64,000 bases of DNA from Candidatus Thorarchaeota archaeon (lineage in GTDB: Archaea; Asgardarchaeota; Thorarchaeia; Thorarchaeales; Thorarchaeaceae): the NCBI GenBank assembly GCA_048884965.1, contig JBHLQH010000004.1:32001-96000 (forward strand), given 5' to 3'. The notes beneath the pieces were generated by a model. The model saw only the letters and a program-made list of their open reading frames with translations, was not told the DNA's origin and did no database searches. Positions 42,358 through 52,617 of this stretch are shown here, piece after piece. How positions within the stretch are numbered: the stretch's first letter is position 1; the number at the start of each line of letters is the position of its first letter. Position numbers and translations under genes: made by a program.

Positions 42358-42648
42358 TCAGGGTCTCCAACCCAAACCAGCTGGGGGAGTCCTAATGACG
42401 GAATCAAGCCCATACTCCGCTAATACAGATTTGCCACGTTCCGAGTTCATTACATATAGTGGCTTTCTCATATCAGCAAGATTGGGTACCTTCTTGCATA
42501 TCTTCGTTTCAGTAAGATGACTTAGGGCAAGGGTAACGGTCCTAGGAGATAGCTCCACTCTATCACATATCTCATGCGGACTAATTGGGCCATGGGCAGC
42601 AACGACTTGTAATACGGTCAGAATCCCAGCTGAAATTTGACTAGCCAA
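42358..42648 (-). CDS. Small winged-helix (MarR-like) DNA-binding protein
   Basis: GPISPHEICDRVELSPRTVTLALSHL...PNLADMRKPLY. Confidence 0.78.
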   Translation of the reverse strand: MASQISAGILTVLQVVAAHGPISPHEICDRVELSPRTVTLALSHLTETKICKKVPNLADMRKPLYVMNSERGKSVLAEYGLDSVIRTPPAGLGWRP

Positions 42649-42670
42649 TGCCTCGCACCTCTCTATCGGT

Positions 42671-42694
42671 ATGACTTTTCCATGAAAAACTCAT
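42671..42694. promoter_or_regulatory. Imperfect 24-bp palindrome upstream of the small wHTH gene, candidate operator
   Basis: ATGACTTTTCCATGAAAAACTCAT; 20 of 24 positions match its reverse complement. Confidence 0.4.
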
Positions 42695-42755
42695 AGTAAA
42701 AGTCTTTCCAATCGTGTAATGCACCAAATTCAATTGAGACCTCTTGTGTGGGGGT

Positions 42756-43121
42756 TCACACATACCCTTTGCTTCTCTTCTCAGATCTAAGCTTTTGTGC
42801 TTCAAACAGTGCATATCCAGTGCATGAGGTAAAAAAGAAGAATATGGCAAAGGTACCTAGAGCAAAGACCTCGGGAAGAAGAAATGGGAATAGTTGAAAG
42901 TGATCTACAAAGACGATGAAGGAATCTGGAAAGAACGCAATCAGAAAAAGATCAACAGCTAGAAAAACTGCAAATATCACAATGGCAAGGAAGAAATCCT
43001 TTGCTGTCGCACATCTGAAATTACAATAATGAATCTTGGAACCACTGAAAGCTGAGTTTGCCCCTGGCTTTCCACACCAAGCGCATATTCGGTCAATATG
43101 CTTAGTTTCAATATCGTTCAT
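42756..43121 (-). CDS. Hypothetical membrane protein with N-terminal TRASH/FCS-like Cys motif
   Basis: CAWC-x16-CNFRC followed by two TM segments. Confidence 0.65.
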   Translation of the reverse strand: MNDIETKHIDRICAWCGKPGANSAFSGSKIHYCNFRCATAKDFFLAIVIFAVFLAVDLFLIAFFPDSFIVFVDHFQLFPFLLPEVFALGTFAIFFFFTSCTGYALFEAQKLRSEKRSKGYV

Positions 43122-43174
43122 TACACTCCAACCACAAGACAGTACGTGCGAATAGAAAATCTACTAAAGTTAAA

Positions 43175-43837
43175 TCATTCGGGTTTTCGTGCAATTACTC
43201 TGACATACCCACGTAAATCATTTGGCTTGATCAAAAACCGCTCAGTTCCAAAATTATGCATTGTCCATCCATCAAGCTCCTCTCGAAGATCATTCTCTGT
43301 TATGAAACGGATAGGAGGGTCGGTTTCAAAGTGAGGGAGAATATTTCCTGAATATACAAAGAAACCTCCAGGCTTAATCGCACGAAGGATTTCCTGTAGT
43401 CGTGGAATTGCTCTATCGAAAAGATATTGGAGAGATTGCAGGATCACAATGACATCATATGTACCGACTCCCAAATCCCAGCCATCGATATCACCCAAGC
43501 GGACATACGCCTTGTCATCTAATCCTAGAAGCTTGATTCTCCTGTTTGCTACGCTTACTGCACTAGCAAGAGCTTCTATCCCTTCCACTATACATCCGTG
43601 CTTGCTCAGGTAACATACACCACTACCGTCCCCACAAGCAAGTTCCAATACCTTAACGTCAGAGAAATCGGTCCTTCCAGATACCATAAGTGCATGCAGC
43701 AGCATTTGGACCATGTAGGGAGAATCATATTCCTTCAACTCCTCATCGGATTGCCCAAGCATCTTTTTGTAGATGGTGTCCCATCCACTCATCCATTTCT
43801 CAGGAGCTGCAACTGGAATATTCTCGCTATTCGTCAT
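43175..43837 (-). CDS. Class I SAM-dependent methyltransferase
   Basis: VLELACGDG motif I, YDVIV and IKPGG. Confidence 0.9.
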   Translation of the reverse strand: MTNSENIPVAAPEKWMSGWDTIYKKMLGQSDEELKEYDSPYMVQMLLHALMVSGRTDFSDVKVLELACGDGSGVCYLSKHGCIVEGIEALASAVSVANRRIKLLGLDDKAYVRLGDIDGWDLGVGTYDVIVILQSLQYLFDRAIPRLQEILRAIKPGGFFVYSGNILPHFETDPPIRFITENDLREELDGWTMHNFGTERFLIKPNDLRGYVRVIARKPE

Positions 43838-43956
43838 TGCGTTCAGATGCGGCGTTATGATACTCTCTGATAAGCAATTTGCTCATAGCAACATTGAGCT
43901 ACTCAATTCATTATCTTTATCTCAGCCTATGCATCAGGAAATTTGGAGAGAGTATC

Positions 43957-44388
43957 TTGTCGGACAAGAGAGAAATGTTGGTCCAACTGATAATGGAACG
44001 TGATATCAGTTCAATTCAGATAATGGCATCGGATCTTTTGATTGATGAAGATACTATCCGAGATCTCCTGAAAGAGCTTGTTGAGGAGGGAAGACTTCAG
44101 GGATACATCACAGAAGATGGTCGAAGATTCTTCAGAAAGGATATTCCAATTCATCCCTCCAAGAAGCCAAAGCAGGAAGATGTACCCGAATTCATGAAAT
44201 ACAATTCAACACCAGGCATGTTCCTGGCAGTTATTGGCATAACCATGATGATCATGGCAGGAGTACTTCTAGCACTCTTTCCAAGAATCATATACTATGA
44301 AAATGTAGGAGTATCTCTTCTTCTCATTGGTGTGGTAGTAGCACTATCAGGTTGCTACTATATTGGAAGAAGAAAAACCCCGATGTAA
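43957..44388 (+). CDS. PCI-like winged-helix protein with two C-terminal TM segments
   Basis: IRDLLKELVEEGRLQGYITEDGRRFF wing pattern; TTG start after GGAG. Confidence 0.6.
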   Translation: MSDKREMLVQLIMERDISSIQIMASDLLIDEDTIRDLLKELVEEGRLQGYITEDGRRFFRKDIPIHPSKKPKQEDVPEFMKYNSTPGMFLAVIGITMMIMAGVLLALFPRIIYYENVGVSLLLIGVVVALSGCYYIGRRKTPM

Positions 44389-44461
44389 CTTCAAAATCTC
44401 ATTGTTCATAGGGAGCTGTTTAAGTAGGAGCTTTTGTGGAACCGGAGTAGGCGACTCCAAT

Positions 44462-45415
44462 ATGCAGGAAATTCTTGTTGATATTCTGTTGATTGCTGCG
44501 TTCGCAGTAGTTGTGGGAACCTTATCTTCTATGGTTGGGATCGGTGGCGGAATCATTAACACACCCCTTCTGATTATCATCTTCGGGTTGACAGCTCAGA
44601 CTGCACCAGCAACTGCTTTAGTTGCAGCATTGTTTGTTGCTATTGCAAGTACTGCAGCATACTATCGCCAGAATCCCAGACCTATTATGATTAAACCGGG
44701 TTTATTTCTTGCAATCACGACCGTGCCGGGATCGCTTGCAGGTGTCGCTCTTAGGGAGTTCATCCTTGATGATTACATATTACGTATCATATTTGGTATC
44801 GCTCTTTTCCCAGTTGCACTGAAGATGCTTTTCGCGAAAAAAAGAGGAAAAGCAGATGATATTACATCCTTCAATTTCTCGAGTATTTCAAGAAATAGAT
44901 TACTCCTTACCATAATAGGTGGATTTGTCGGAGGTGTTTCAGCTGGCCTTCTCGGAATTGGTGGTGGTGCCATCGTCGTACCCGTGCTTACTATGATGAT
45001 GGGTTTGCCAATTCATGCGGCTGTGGCAACATCAATGCTTACGATGATCTTCACCGCCTCAGCAGGTACAGCTCGTAATTTTGTAGGTGGTCATATAGAT
45101 CCATTCTATGCGCTTGCATTAGGCATTGGAATGGTCATTGGAGCCCAAATAGGACCAAAACTAGCATGTAGAGTCAATGCAGTCCAACTAAAGCAGGTCT
45201 TCGGATTGATTCTAGTATTCCCATTAGTGAAGATGATGTATCTTGGTCAGATGCTCCTGGATCCAAGCAACGAGAGTTTCCTGATGGCAACCATAGGGGA
45301 TGTCATCATTTGGCTAGCAATTATTGTACCTGTGGGTCTCTTAAGGTTGTATCAGATTCGAAAGAGTAGGGAGCCACATGTGATTGAACCATGTGACTTA
45401 CCCGCACCAGAATAA
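44462..45415 (+). CDS. TauE/SafE (TSUP) family sulfite exporter-like membrane protein
   Basis: Duplicated GIGGG motifs and AVATS; start taken at MQEILVD. Confidence 0.9.
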   Translation: MQEILVDILLIAAFAVVVGTLSSMVGIGGGIINTPLLIIIFGLTAQTAPATALVAALFVAIASTAAYYRQNPRPIMIKPGLFLAITTVPGSLAGVALREFILDDYILRIIFGIALFPVALKMLFAKKRGKADDITSFNFSSISRNRLLLTIIGGFVGGVSAGLLGIGGGAIVVPVLTMMMGLPIHAAVATSMLTMIFTASAGTARNFVGGHIDPFYALALGIGMVIGAQIGPKLACRVNAVQLKQVFGLILVFPLVKMMYLGQMLLDPSNESFLMATIGDVIIWLAIIVPVGLLRLYQIRKSREPHVIEPCDLPAPE

Positions 45416-45459
45416 TCATCAAGCGGAATACTCAATGCATCTTTGGAGTTGCATAAGAA

Positions 45460-45909
45460 ATGATCATCAAAGGTGACCGAACTCATATCGAGTGGATAGT
45501 TAGACATAGAGTAGAGATGTTTCGTTCCATGGGATGGACTGAATCAGATCTCATTGTCACCCAAGCTGTCACCAAGAGATTCCTTCAGGATGCATGGGAT
45601 ACACAGAACCCAGAGGTGTTTTTGAAATCCATTGATAATACCATAATCGGTGGTGCAACCGTATCATACTATGGCGTTCTTCCAGATAATCGGAATCCAT
45701 CAGGAAAATGTGCATATGTTCTCAATATGTTCGTAGAGCCAGAGTATAGAGGTAGAGGATTCGCAACAGAAATAATCAGACACATCATTGGCTCTTGTAA
45801 AGAGAAAGGCATCAATAAGATTGCATTGCACGATACAGAAATGTCAAAGCGAATATACGAGAAGGAAGGATTCGCGCTGAGCAAGAATTACTATCAGCTG
45901 ATCATCTGA
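45460..45909 (+). CDS. GNAT family N-acetyltransferase
   Basis: YVLNMFVEPEYRGRGFA and IYEKEGF. Confidence 0.88.
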   Translation: MIIKGDRTHIEWIVRHRVEMFRSMGWTESDLIVTQAVTKRFLQDAWDTQNPEVFLKSIDNTIIGGATVSYYGVLPDNRNPSGKCAYVLNMFVEPEYRGRGFATEIIRHIIGSCKEKGINKIALHDTEMSKRIYEKEGFALSKNYYQLII

Positions 45910-45993
45910 TCATCTGCAGATGAGCAATTTGACTCCTTACAAAAGCATATATCTCAAAATGCGATATTAATTATAGTTAAGGAGTCTATAGGA

Positions 45994-46455
45994 ATGACAG
46001 ATGAGAAGATGACCCTACATGAGTTCCATACCAAATTGGCGAAGGAAACTAATAATGGAATCTGGCCAACCCTGGATAAAGAGAAACCATCTCTCGAAGA
46101 ACTAGAAGACGCACTACATATGGCACACACTTCGACATTCCACTGGAGTAAAGTTGGAGAGCCCATCAATATCGCACGAGGCGAATACATGATCTCTCGA
46201 GTTAATAGTGCGATGGGACGAGGAGATTCCGCTTTAGCTCATGCGGAGAAGAGCCTGAGAATAGCACAATCAACAGAGCACAAGGATTGGGACATTGCAT
46301 TCGCATATGAGGCGATTACAAGAGCGTATGCCGCACTTGGTGATGAGTCAAAGTTCAAGGAATTCAAATCACTTGCACAGAAAACCATTGATTCGTTAGC
46401 CGAGGAACAGGACAAGCAAATATGTCAAGGCGAGCTTGACAAAGCTGGGTTTTGA
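45994..46455 (+). CDS. Conserved helical (TPR-like) hypothetical protein
   Basis: AHTSTFHWSKVG...NIARGEYMISRV...AFAYEAITRAYA. Confidence 0.7.
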   Translation: MTDEKMTLHEFHTKLAKETNNGIWPTLDKEKPSLEELEDALHMAHTSTFHWSKVGEPINIARGEYMISRVNSAMGRGDSALAHAEKSLRIAQSTEHKDWDIAFAYEAITRAYAALGDESKFKEFKSLAQKTIDSLAEEQDKQICQGELDKAGF

Positions 46456-46541
46456 TAGACCTAGGATCTTGGATTCAAGTGGACTTTTCCAATATTGCCT
46501 AATTGTGTGATTTGATATTGAAAGACTGATGCATTGTTCTC

Positions 46542-47453
46542 ATGCCCGATATTCCATATATCCAGACAAGCGTTTTCGTAGATAACCGATATGGGTTTGG
46601 TGGAAATCAATTAGCAACCTTTTGGAATGCTAAGAGTAATGAGAGTCTAAATCAAGAGATTATGCAAGGCATAGCACTTGAGATGAATTTCTCAGAGTCC
46701 ACATTTATTGAAAAACCAACGAAATCCGACTATATTGTAAAGGTACGAATCTTCACACCAGCTAGGGAATTAAGATTCGCGGGTCATCCCACGATTGGAA
46801 CAGCCTTTGTTCTGAAAGAGAGTGGGATCCTAAAGAGTTCATCTCGGCATGCAATCATGGAGCTTGGTATTGGTCCTATTCCTGTAGATTATTTGGATAA
46901 TGGAGCTATCCGAATGAAACAGAATGAGCCTGAGTTCCTTGAAATGTGGGGAGATAAGGTTTCTATCGCATCCGCTCTTGGTATTTCCTCAAACGCTATT
47001 GACACAAGATCTCCTATGCAATGGGTTTCAACTGGATTCCCATTCCTGATGGTTCCTATGAAGTCATTAGAGGCAGTAAAGAGTGCAAGTCCGAATAGTC
47101 CAGAGATTCTTTCTGCACTCGAGGGACAAATTAGTAAGCAGATTGTCCTCTTCAGTACGGAAACCGAGAACTCAGATTCCCACCTTCATGTCAGAATGTT
47201 TGGTCCAGAGGTGGGGGTTGTTGAGGATCCTGCTACGGGCAGTGCTGCAGGTCCTTTGGCGGCATATGTTGAGCAATACAATCTCTTGAATCGGGATTTG
47301 CCAGGGCAGGATATCATCATTGAACAGGGTTATGAAATTAGACGACCAAGCAGATTGACCGCAAGTATCATCGGAGAGAAAGACTTCACAGGTGTGTATG
47401 TTTCAGGTTTGACAAGGCTGGTCGCAAAAGGTACATTCTTCATTGAGGAATGA
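46542..47453 (+). CDS. PhzF family isomerase/epimerase
   Basis: GGNQLA, EMNFSESTF, RIFTPARELRFAGHPTIG, EDPATGSAAG and EQG. Confidence 0.93.
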   Translation: MPDIPYIQTSVFVDNRYGFGGNQLATFWNAKSNESLNQEIMQGIALEMNFSESTFIEKPTKSDYIVKVRIFTPARELRFAGHPTIGTAFVLKESGILKSSSRHAIMELGIGPIPVDYLDNGAIRMKQNEPEFLEMWGDKVSIASALGISSNAIDTRSPMQWVSTGFPFLMVPMKSLEAVKSASPNSPEILSALEGQISKQIVLFSTETENSDSHLHVRMFGPEVGVVEDPATGSAAGPLAAYVEQYNLLNRDLPGQDIIIEQGYEIRRPSRLTASIIGEKDFTGVYVSGLTRLVAKGTFFIEE

Positions 47454-47496
47454 TTCGGAGTTCAGTATTGAAACTTCAGACCTTGGATAGCCATTT

Positions 47497-48294
47497 ATGA
47501 TGAAAGGGAGATTGAAGTTACTGGAAATAATGAACTATACAGATAAGGTCACTAAATCCTTTCAGAGCTTGCTGAAGGAATTCAATGAACAAGGAGATAT
47601 TGGATACTGTGGATTCAAGAACGTCTACGAGAGCTTACTTCCAGAGCAGCAAAAAAAGCTTCAAAAAATAACGGAGGATCGATTTTCCTCGTACTATCAA
47701 AGCGGCTCATTCATCAGTATCGCTATTACTTTCAAAGACCCAATAATAGATCTGATTGATAGTCCTCAAAATGACGAACCCAACTATGAGACCTGGAACA
47801 AGTATGCGAGTGAGTATGATAGAATCAATCAAGTATTGAATAAAATCGCGAGAGCACTTGCGTTGCAATTCGAAGGTATTCCTCTAACAGCAACAATCGG
47901 AGGCGTTATTGAGAAAGTGAAGCATGTCAGCGACTACTTTCCAATGGTCATTTCCCATCGAGCGATAGCGGAACAAGCAGGTCTAGGATGGCGGGGAAAG
48001 AATCAATTGATAATCCATGAGAGATATAGTTGCGCAATTCGATTTGCATCAGTAATCGTCAATCTTCCATTAACTTATGGTTCAGTAGCTGCATCAAAGT
48101 GTGGAGAATGTACAGCATGTGAGGATGTTTGCAAATTCATAAAGAATAGAGATATGCTTGAAGACTACAGAGAGAACTGCAGAAGGTATATCCTCTTTCT
48201 CAAATCAAAGGGGATAGAGAAGGACATCTGTGGAAAGTGTATCAAGGCGTGCTATCGGAGCAGTATATTTCATAATCAGTTTTCTCTAGGTTGA
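47497..48294 (+). CDS. Epoxyqueuosine reductase (QueG)-like cobalamin/4Fe-4S protein
   Basis: SHRAIAEQAGLGWRGKNQLII, CGECTACEDVC and CGKCIKAC. Confidence 0.75.
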   Translation: MMKGRLKLLEIMNYTDKVTKSFQSLLKEFNEQGDIGYCGFKNVYESLLPEQQKKLQKITEDRFSSYYQSGSFISIAITFKDPIIDLIDSPQNDEPNYETWNKYASEYDRINQVLNKIARALALQFEGIPLTATIGGVIEKVKHVSDYFPMVISHRAIAEQAGLGWRGKNQLIIHERYSCAIRFASVIVNLPLTYGSVAASKCGECTACEDVCKFIKNRDMLEDYRENCRRYILFLKSKGIEKDICGKCIKACYRSSIFHNQFSLG

Positions 48295-48301
48295 GAGAGA
48301 A

Positions 48302-50482
48302 TCAAGTAGATCTTCTTACCTGACTCATAGGAATACTAATGCAAAAAATAGTTTGCTCACTATGTTCTAATGAGATTGTCCAGCCATGGGCTTCAACAAT
48401 CCGCCTTACAATATTGAGACCCAATCCTCCATGATCCTTTGTTGAGAACCCCTGTTGGAAGATCATATCATGAATCGATTCAGGAATTGGTGAGCCATCG
48501 TTCTTAAAGAGGATAGAAACACCAGCATCATCGGTGCGTGAAGTGATCTCTATTGTTTGAGCATTCCCATGCTCAACGGCATTGGTCAGAAGATTCTGAA
48601 TGACTTGCATTGTCTTCTCTCGATCGCATGAGATTTCAGGGAGATTGTCAATTCGTATGCTAACAGAGTCCGGTAGGTTTGCCACAGCGACTTCCTCTAT
48701 CAATCGCGAGAGATTGACTGGGGTTGGGGAACCAATCACCATTCCAGCATCTGCAAGAGAAACTGAACGGGTCAGTAGTGACTCCATTTGAAGGGCAATC
48801 TGGATTATATCATCAGCATATTGCATTTTTTCCGTTTCTTTCATTAGCCCAGCAAATCCAACAATTGACTGGATATTTGATCGCAAGTCATGAGCCATTG
48901 AATGAGCGTATTTACTCAATTCTTCCCGCTCCTTCATAATTGCCTCTTCATTTCTCTTTCGATCGCTAATATCTCGAATATGTGATTGAAGTCCTTCTAC
49001 GATTTCTCCTTCTAGCACCAGAGTGCTGTTTAGATGAAAGTAAAATCTAGAACCATCTTTACGCTTTCCAATACCTTCGAAACCGATAGGATCAGCCCGT
49101 TTCTCCAGTATGCTCTTCATGAATACATCTTTAGCACCTTCGATGGATTCAGAGTCAAGGTAATTCGTGAAATGTGTTCCAATCACCTCATCACGTTCAT
49201 ATCCAAACATCTGCAGGAGTCTATCATTGCAGAAAACCACACGACCAGCTGGATCAAGATTGACAACACCATCGGAGATATTCTCGTATAGTCGACGATA
49301 TCGTTCCTCGGATTGTTTCAACGCAGATTCAGTAGAGATTCTATGACTGATATCTCGAGTGATCCCCACGATTCCTCGAGGTTTCCCGTGTGAGTCGAAT
49401 ATTGGAGATGCGGTTGTTTCTACCCAGATCGTACCTTTCTGAGAGTGAAACATCTCAAGTTCTATTGAAATCGGATACTCTGGAATTATACCATCTCGAA
49501 GCTCTTGAATATGAGGTCCAAGGGTTTGAATCATTCTCTCAAGAGACTCAGGAGTGATTATCTCCGCCCAAGTTTGGGAGAGAGACTCCTCTTTTGAAAG
49601 ACCTCGTAGATTTGATACAGAAGGACTCAGATATGTTCTATTCAAATCAAGATCAAGTGTAAATATCACATCAGACGAATTTTCGGCAATAAGACGAAAG
49701 TGCTCCTCACTCTCCGCCAACGCCTCCTGCACTGTTAGTTGGGAAGAAATATCACTGAATAATCCTAGGACATATGTCTTGCCACCAATTGTGATTGCAT
49801 TAGATGTGATATTTGCGATAAGTACACTACCGTCCTTTCTAAGTACAGGTATCTTTTCTGCTACTTTCTTCAATCCTGCCGCTTGAAATTCGAACTCATC
49901 GACAACATGAGCGAGATCCTCAGTAGGATGTATCTTATCAACAGAAAGATCAGCTAGATCCGCGGGGGAATATCCAGTCATCTCATAGAAAGCTCGATTC
50001 GCAGCATATCCTTTTCGTGATTCGCGATCCACAATGAAGATGCCTTCAAGGGCATGATCAAAAACCACCTGATGCCGTTCTATAGTTTCACGCATTATCA
50101 CGAGACTTCTGATTATATGAACGAGCTCTTGGTATTGTGACTTAGGATCCCCACCTTTCTCAACATAATATGCAGCTCCAAGATTCAATGCTTTAATTGC
50201 GATTTCCTCTCTACTTCTACCTGTGAATATTATGAAAGGAATATCTGAATGGTTTTCTCGCACCTTTTCAAGGAATTCTAAACCATCCATGAATGGCATC
50301 TGATAGTCCGAAACAATTACGCTGAAGTATCTGGAATCAAGTTCACCTAATCCCTTCTCAGCACTATCGACAGCTACAATCTCAAACTCAGGATCTAGTT
50401 GTTCGATATATTGCTTGACGACCTTTAGCATATTCTCATTATCATCGACAAACAATACTCTAATTGCCATTCGTGCCACCAT
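48302..50482 (-). CDS. Hybrid sensor kinase REC-PAS-PAS-PAS-HisKA-HATPase
   Basis: VLFVDD, SDYQMP and FTG receiver motifs; three PAS/PAC units; AHDLRS, NLLTNA and GLGL. Confidence 0.92.
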   Translation of the reverse strand: MVARMAIRVLFVDDNENMLKVVKQYIEQLDPEFEIVAVDSAEKGLGELDSRYFSVIVSDYQMPFMDGLEFLEKVRENHSDIPFIIFTGRSREEIAIKALNLGAAYYVEKGGDPKSQYQELVHIIRSLVIMRETIERHQVVFDHALEGIFIVDRESRKGYAANRAFYEMTGYSPADLADLSVDKIHPTEDLAHVVDEFEFQAAGLKKVAEKIPVLRKDGSVLIANITSNAITIGGKTYVLGLFSDISSQLTVQEALAESEEHFRLIAENSSDVIFTLDLDLNRTYLSPSVSNLRGLSKEESLSQTWAEIITPESLERMIQTLGPHIQELRDGIIPEYPISIELEMFHSQKGTIWVETTASPIFDSHGKPRGIVGITRDISHRISTESALKQSEERYRRLYENISDGVVNLDPAGRVVFCNDRLLQMFGYERDEVIGTHFTNYLDSESIEGAKDVFMKSILEKRADPIGFEGIGKRKDGSRFYFHLNSTLVLEGEIVEGLQSHIRDISDRKRNEEAIMKEREELSKYAHSMAHDLRSNIQSIVGFAGLMKETEKMQYADDIIQIALQMESLLTRSVSLADAGMVIGSPTPVNLSRLIEEVAVANLPDSVSIRIDNLPEISCDREKTMQVIQNLLTNAVEHGNAQTIEITSRTDDAGVSILFKNDGSPIPESIHDMIFQQGFSTKDHGGLGLNIVRRIVEAHGWTISLEHSEQTIFCISIPMSQVRRST

Positions 50483-50682
50483 GTTGTTCTTAGTTTTTCA
50501 GCTACAGACTTGGATTTCGTCTATTCCCTCTACTTTTTCTCAGGTTATATTGTTATTTACTATTATCATATAATAATACTTATAACACACGCGGTTTGAA
50601 CAACGAATGAAGGCAGGACATATCTTTGCACTTCTTAAATATACCAAATACTCGTTCACAATAAGGAAAGCGGTGACAGACT

Positions 50683-51039
50683 ATGTTGAAAGGAGTCTTC
50701 TTACTTAATCAAGCTGGAGAAACCATAATTTCTCTTGGAAATGGAATGCCTGATGGCGACTCATCTATGCTTGGTGGTCTTGTAGGGGCGGTTCAGATGT
50801 TCGTACACAAGATGTCCTATGAAGATGTTAGATCCATATCTCTTGATGATCTGATGATGTACATGAGGAAAGTTGGAGATAATCATCTTGTTACACTGCA
50901 CGATGAAAATGATGCTCTAGCAGAGATACAGAGTCATCGTATTTTTAAATTCGTCAGTGAGAATCCAGCAATAGGTAGTAGTGAAGGGTTCGTAAAACTA
51001 GTCACTACAATGCTAGATAGTGAAGAAGAATCCTTTTGA
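50683..51039 (+). CDS. Longin-like domain protein
   Basis: VFLLNQAG..I, MLGGLVGAVQMFV helix and VRSISL..L.MY strands. Confidence 0.65.
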   Translation: MLKGVFLLNQAGETIISLGNGMPDGDSSMLGGLVGAVQMFVHKMSYEDVRSISLDDLMMYMRKVGDNHLVTLHDENDALAEIQSHRIFKFVSENPAIGSSEGFVKLVTTMLDSEEESF

Positions 51040-51072
51040 AAAACAATAGGAGTGGAGAGAAATCCTCCACTC
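51039..51072 (-). terminator. Hairpin plus T-tract terminator of the MFS gene
   Basis: GAGTGGAG-N7-CTCCACTC followed on the minus strand by CTATTGTTTTT. Confidence 0.5.
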
Positions 51073-51088
51073 ATATCAATGATATTCA

Positions 51089-52510
51089 CTAGTTATCGGA
51101 TGTACCGGTAATATCGAGAGCTTGTGAATCAGATGGCGTCGCACCTGCAAACTGCTTCAGTTCTTCGAAATCAGGATCTATGTTTGTTTTTCGCAGAATC
51201 AATGCTGCAATTATGAGGAATGGAGCAAAGAATGGTCCCCACCAGAGGTAACCGAATTCAGTAGTGCCAGTTGTGATCTCAGATAGATCCATGAACCATC
51301 CAAGTAGTACAGCTGAAACAGCTTGGAACATATTCAATGGCACTCCCTTGAATCCTTCATATATTCCAGCTCGACTTTGCCCCGTTTGAAGTTCATCCAC
51401 ATGGGCGATATCGGCAGGAACAATGTAGCTCATTAGATAATACACAGCCATAGTTGCGGCGAGAGGTATAAAGTACAAAGTTGCCACTATGACATTCGAT
51501 AGTGGTCCAATAAGCGCTCCAAGGAATGGGGTCAAACACAGAAGGATTGCCAGAACAAAGAGGGAAAGATACATCGATTTGCCTTTGCCCACCTTTGCGA
51601 CAAGCTTAATCCAGATGTACAAGAAGATCATGATCGAAGCTAAGAGTGCCAGTGCTGGTGGCAATAGGGTTTCCAAAGATGTCAATAGCAATATTTCTTG
51701 AGCATATCCGACAATCTGTGATGTGATTGCCGAGAAACTGAATGACAGGAATCCTACCACGAAGAACCATTTGACATATACATCATTCCGTAACACGGTT
51801 TTTGTTTCTTCCCGAATACTTCGCTGTGGAATCACAATCCCTTCCTTCTCTCGGATCAAGAAGATGGATGGTAGGTAGAATAGAACCGTTATCAGAGCAA
51901 AGATGAGCACTATCATTAATCCCAATGAGGAAAGACCCGGAGTAGCTCCGATGAAAAGCACAGGTGTGATAAAACCAATTACAACTCCCAATCCATTGGC
52001 GATCCAATTTGCAGTGTTCTGCATACTCGATACCAAAGGACGTTCATCTTCTGTTGTAATTTCTGGCATCCATGCTTGAAATGCAGTAAGCAAGAAGGCA
52101 TAGAAGAACTTGAACGCGCAAATACAGAGTAGGTAATAGCCAAAAATAATCCATCCCAATCCAACATTCCCAGCCGGATCCGCTGCATAGGTTGCCGTAT
52201 CAAGAAACCAGTTAGGTACAAACACCAAGAAGCCCGTGATTGCTAGACCTGGAGCTCCAATCATCACAAAGGGTTTTCTGCGCCCCCACCTTGTGTCAAC
52301 ACTATCGCTGTAGTATCCAGTGAGCCAATGAGTGAGTCCGATGATAACATAGGACACACCTAGCGCAATCCCATTCAAGAACCAATTCAACTCAAATACC
52401 GTGCCATATATCCAGAAGGCGGTCAGACCAACTAGAGAAAGCAGAAAAGAAGAGCCGAATCGGCCCATGCCATAGGCGATTTTCTTGTAAAAAGGAAGCA
52501 TGTTTTCCAC
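51089..52510 (-). CDS. MFS transporter, GPH (glycoside-pentoside-hexuronide) family
   Basis: KKIAYGMG, SD...TRWGRRKPF and DELQTGQSRAGIY.G. Confidence 0.88.
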   Translation of the reverse strand: MENMLPFYKKIAYGMGRFGSSFLLSLVGLTAFWIYGTVFELNWFLNGIALGVSYVIIGLTHWLTGYYSDSVDTRWGRRKPFVMIGAPGLAITGFLVFVPNWFLDTATYAADPAGNVGLGWIIFGYYLLCICAFKFFYAFLLTAFQAWMPEITTEDERPLVSSMQNTANWIANGLGVVIGFITPVLFIGATPGLSSLGLMIVLIFALITVLFYLPSIFLIREKEGIVIPQRSIREETKTVLRNDVYVKWFFVVGFLSFSFSAITSQIVGYAQEILLLTSLETLLPPALALLASIMIFLYIWIKLVAKVGKGKSMYLSLFVLAILLCLTPFLGALIGPLSNVIVATLYFIPLAATMAVYYLMSYIVPADIAHVDELQTGQSRAGIYEGFKGVPLNMFQAVSAVLLGWFMDLSEITTGTTEFGYLWWGPFFAPFLIIAALILRKTNIDPDFEELKQFAGATPSDSQALDITGTSDN

Positions 52511-52617
52511 CTCATGCGAGAAAAGCTACCTGAATCGAATATGCAATCTACGATTTAAATATGCGGAGGGATGATGGGTTCATATCCCACCACCCCATTT
52601 TTTAAAGTGCAAAACGA

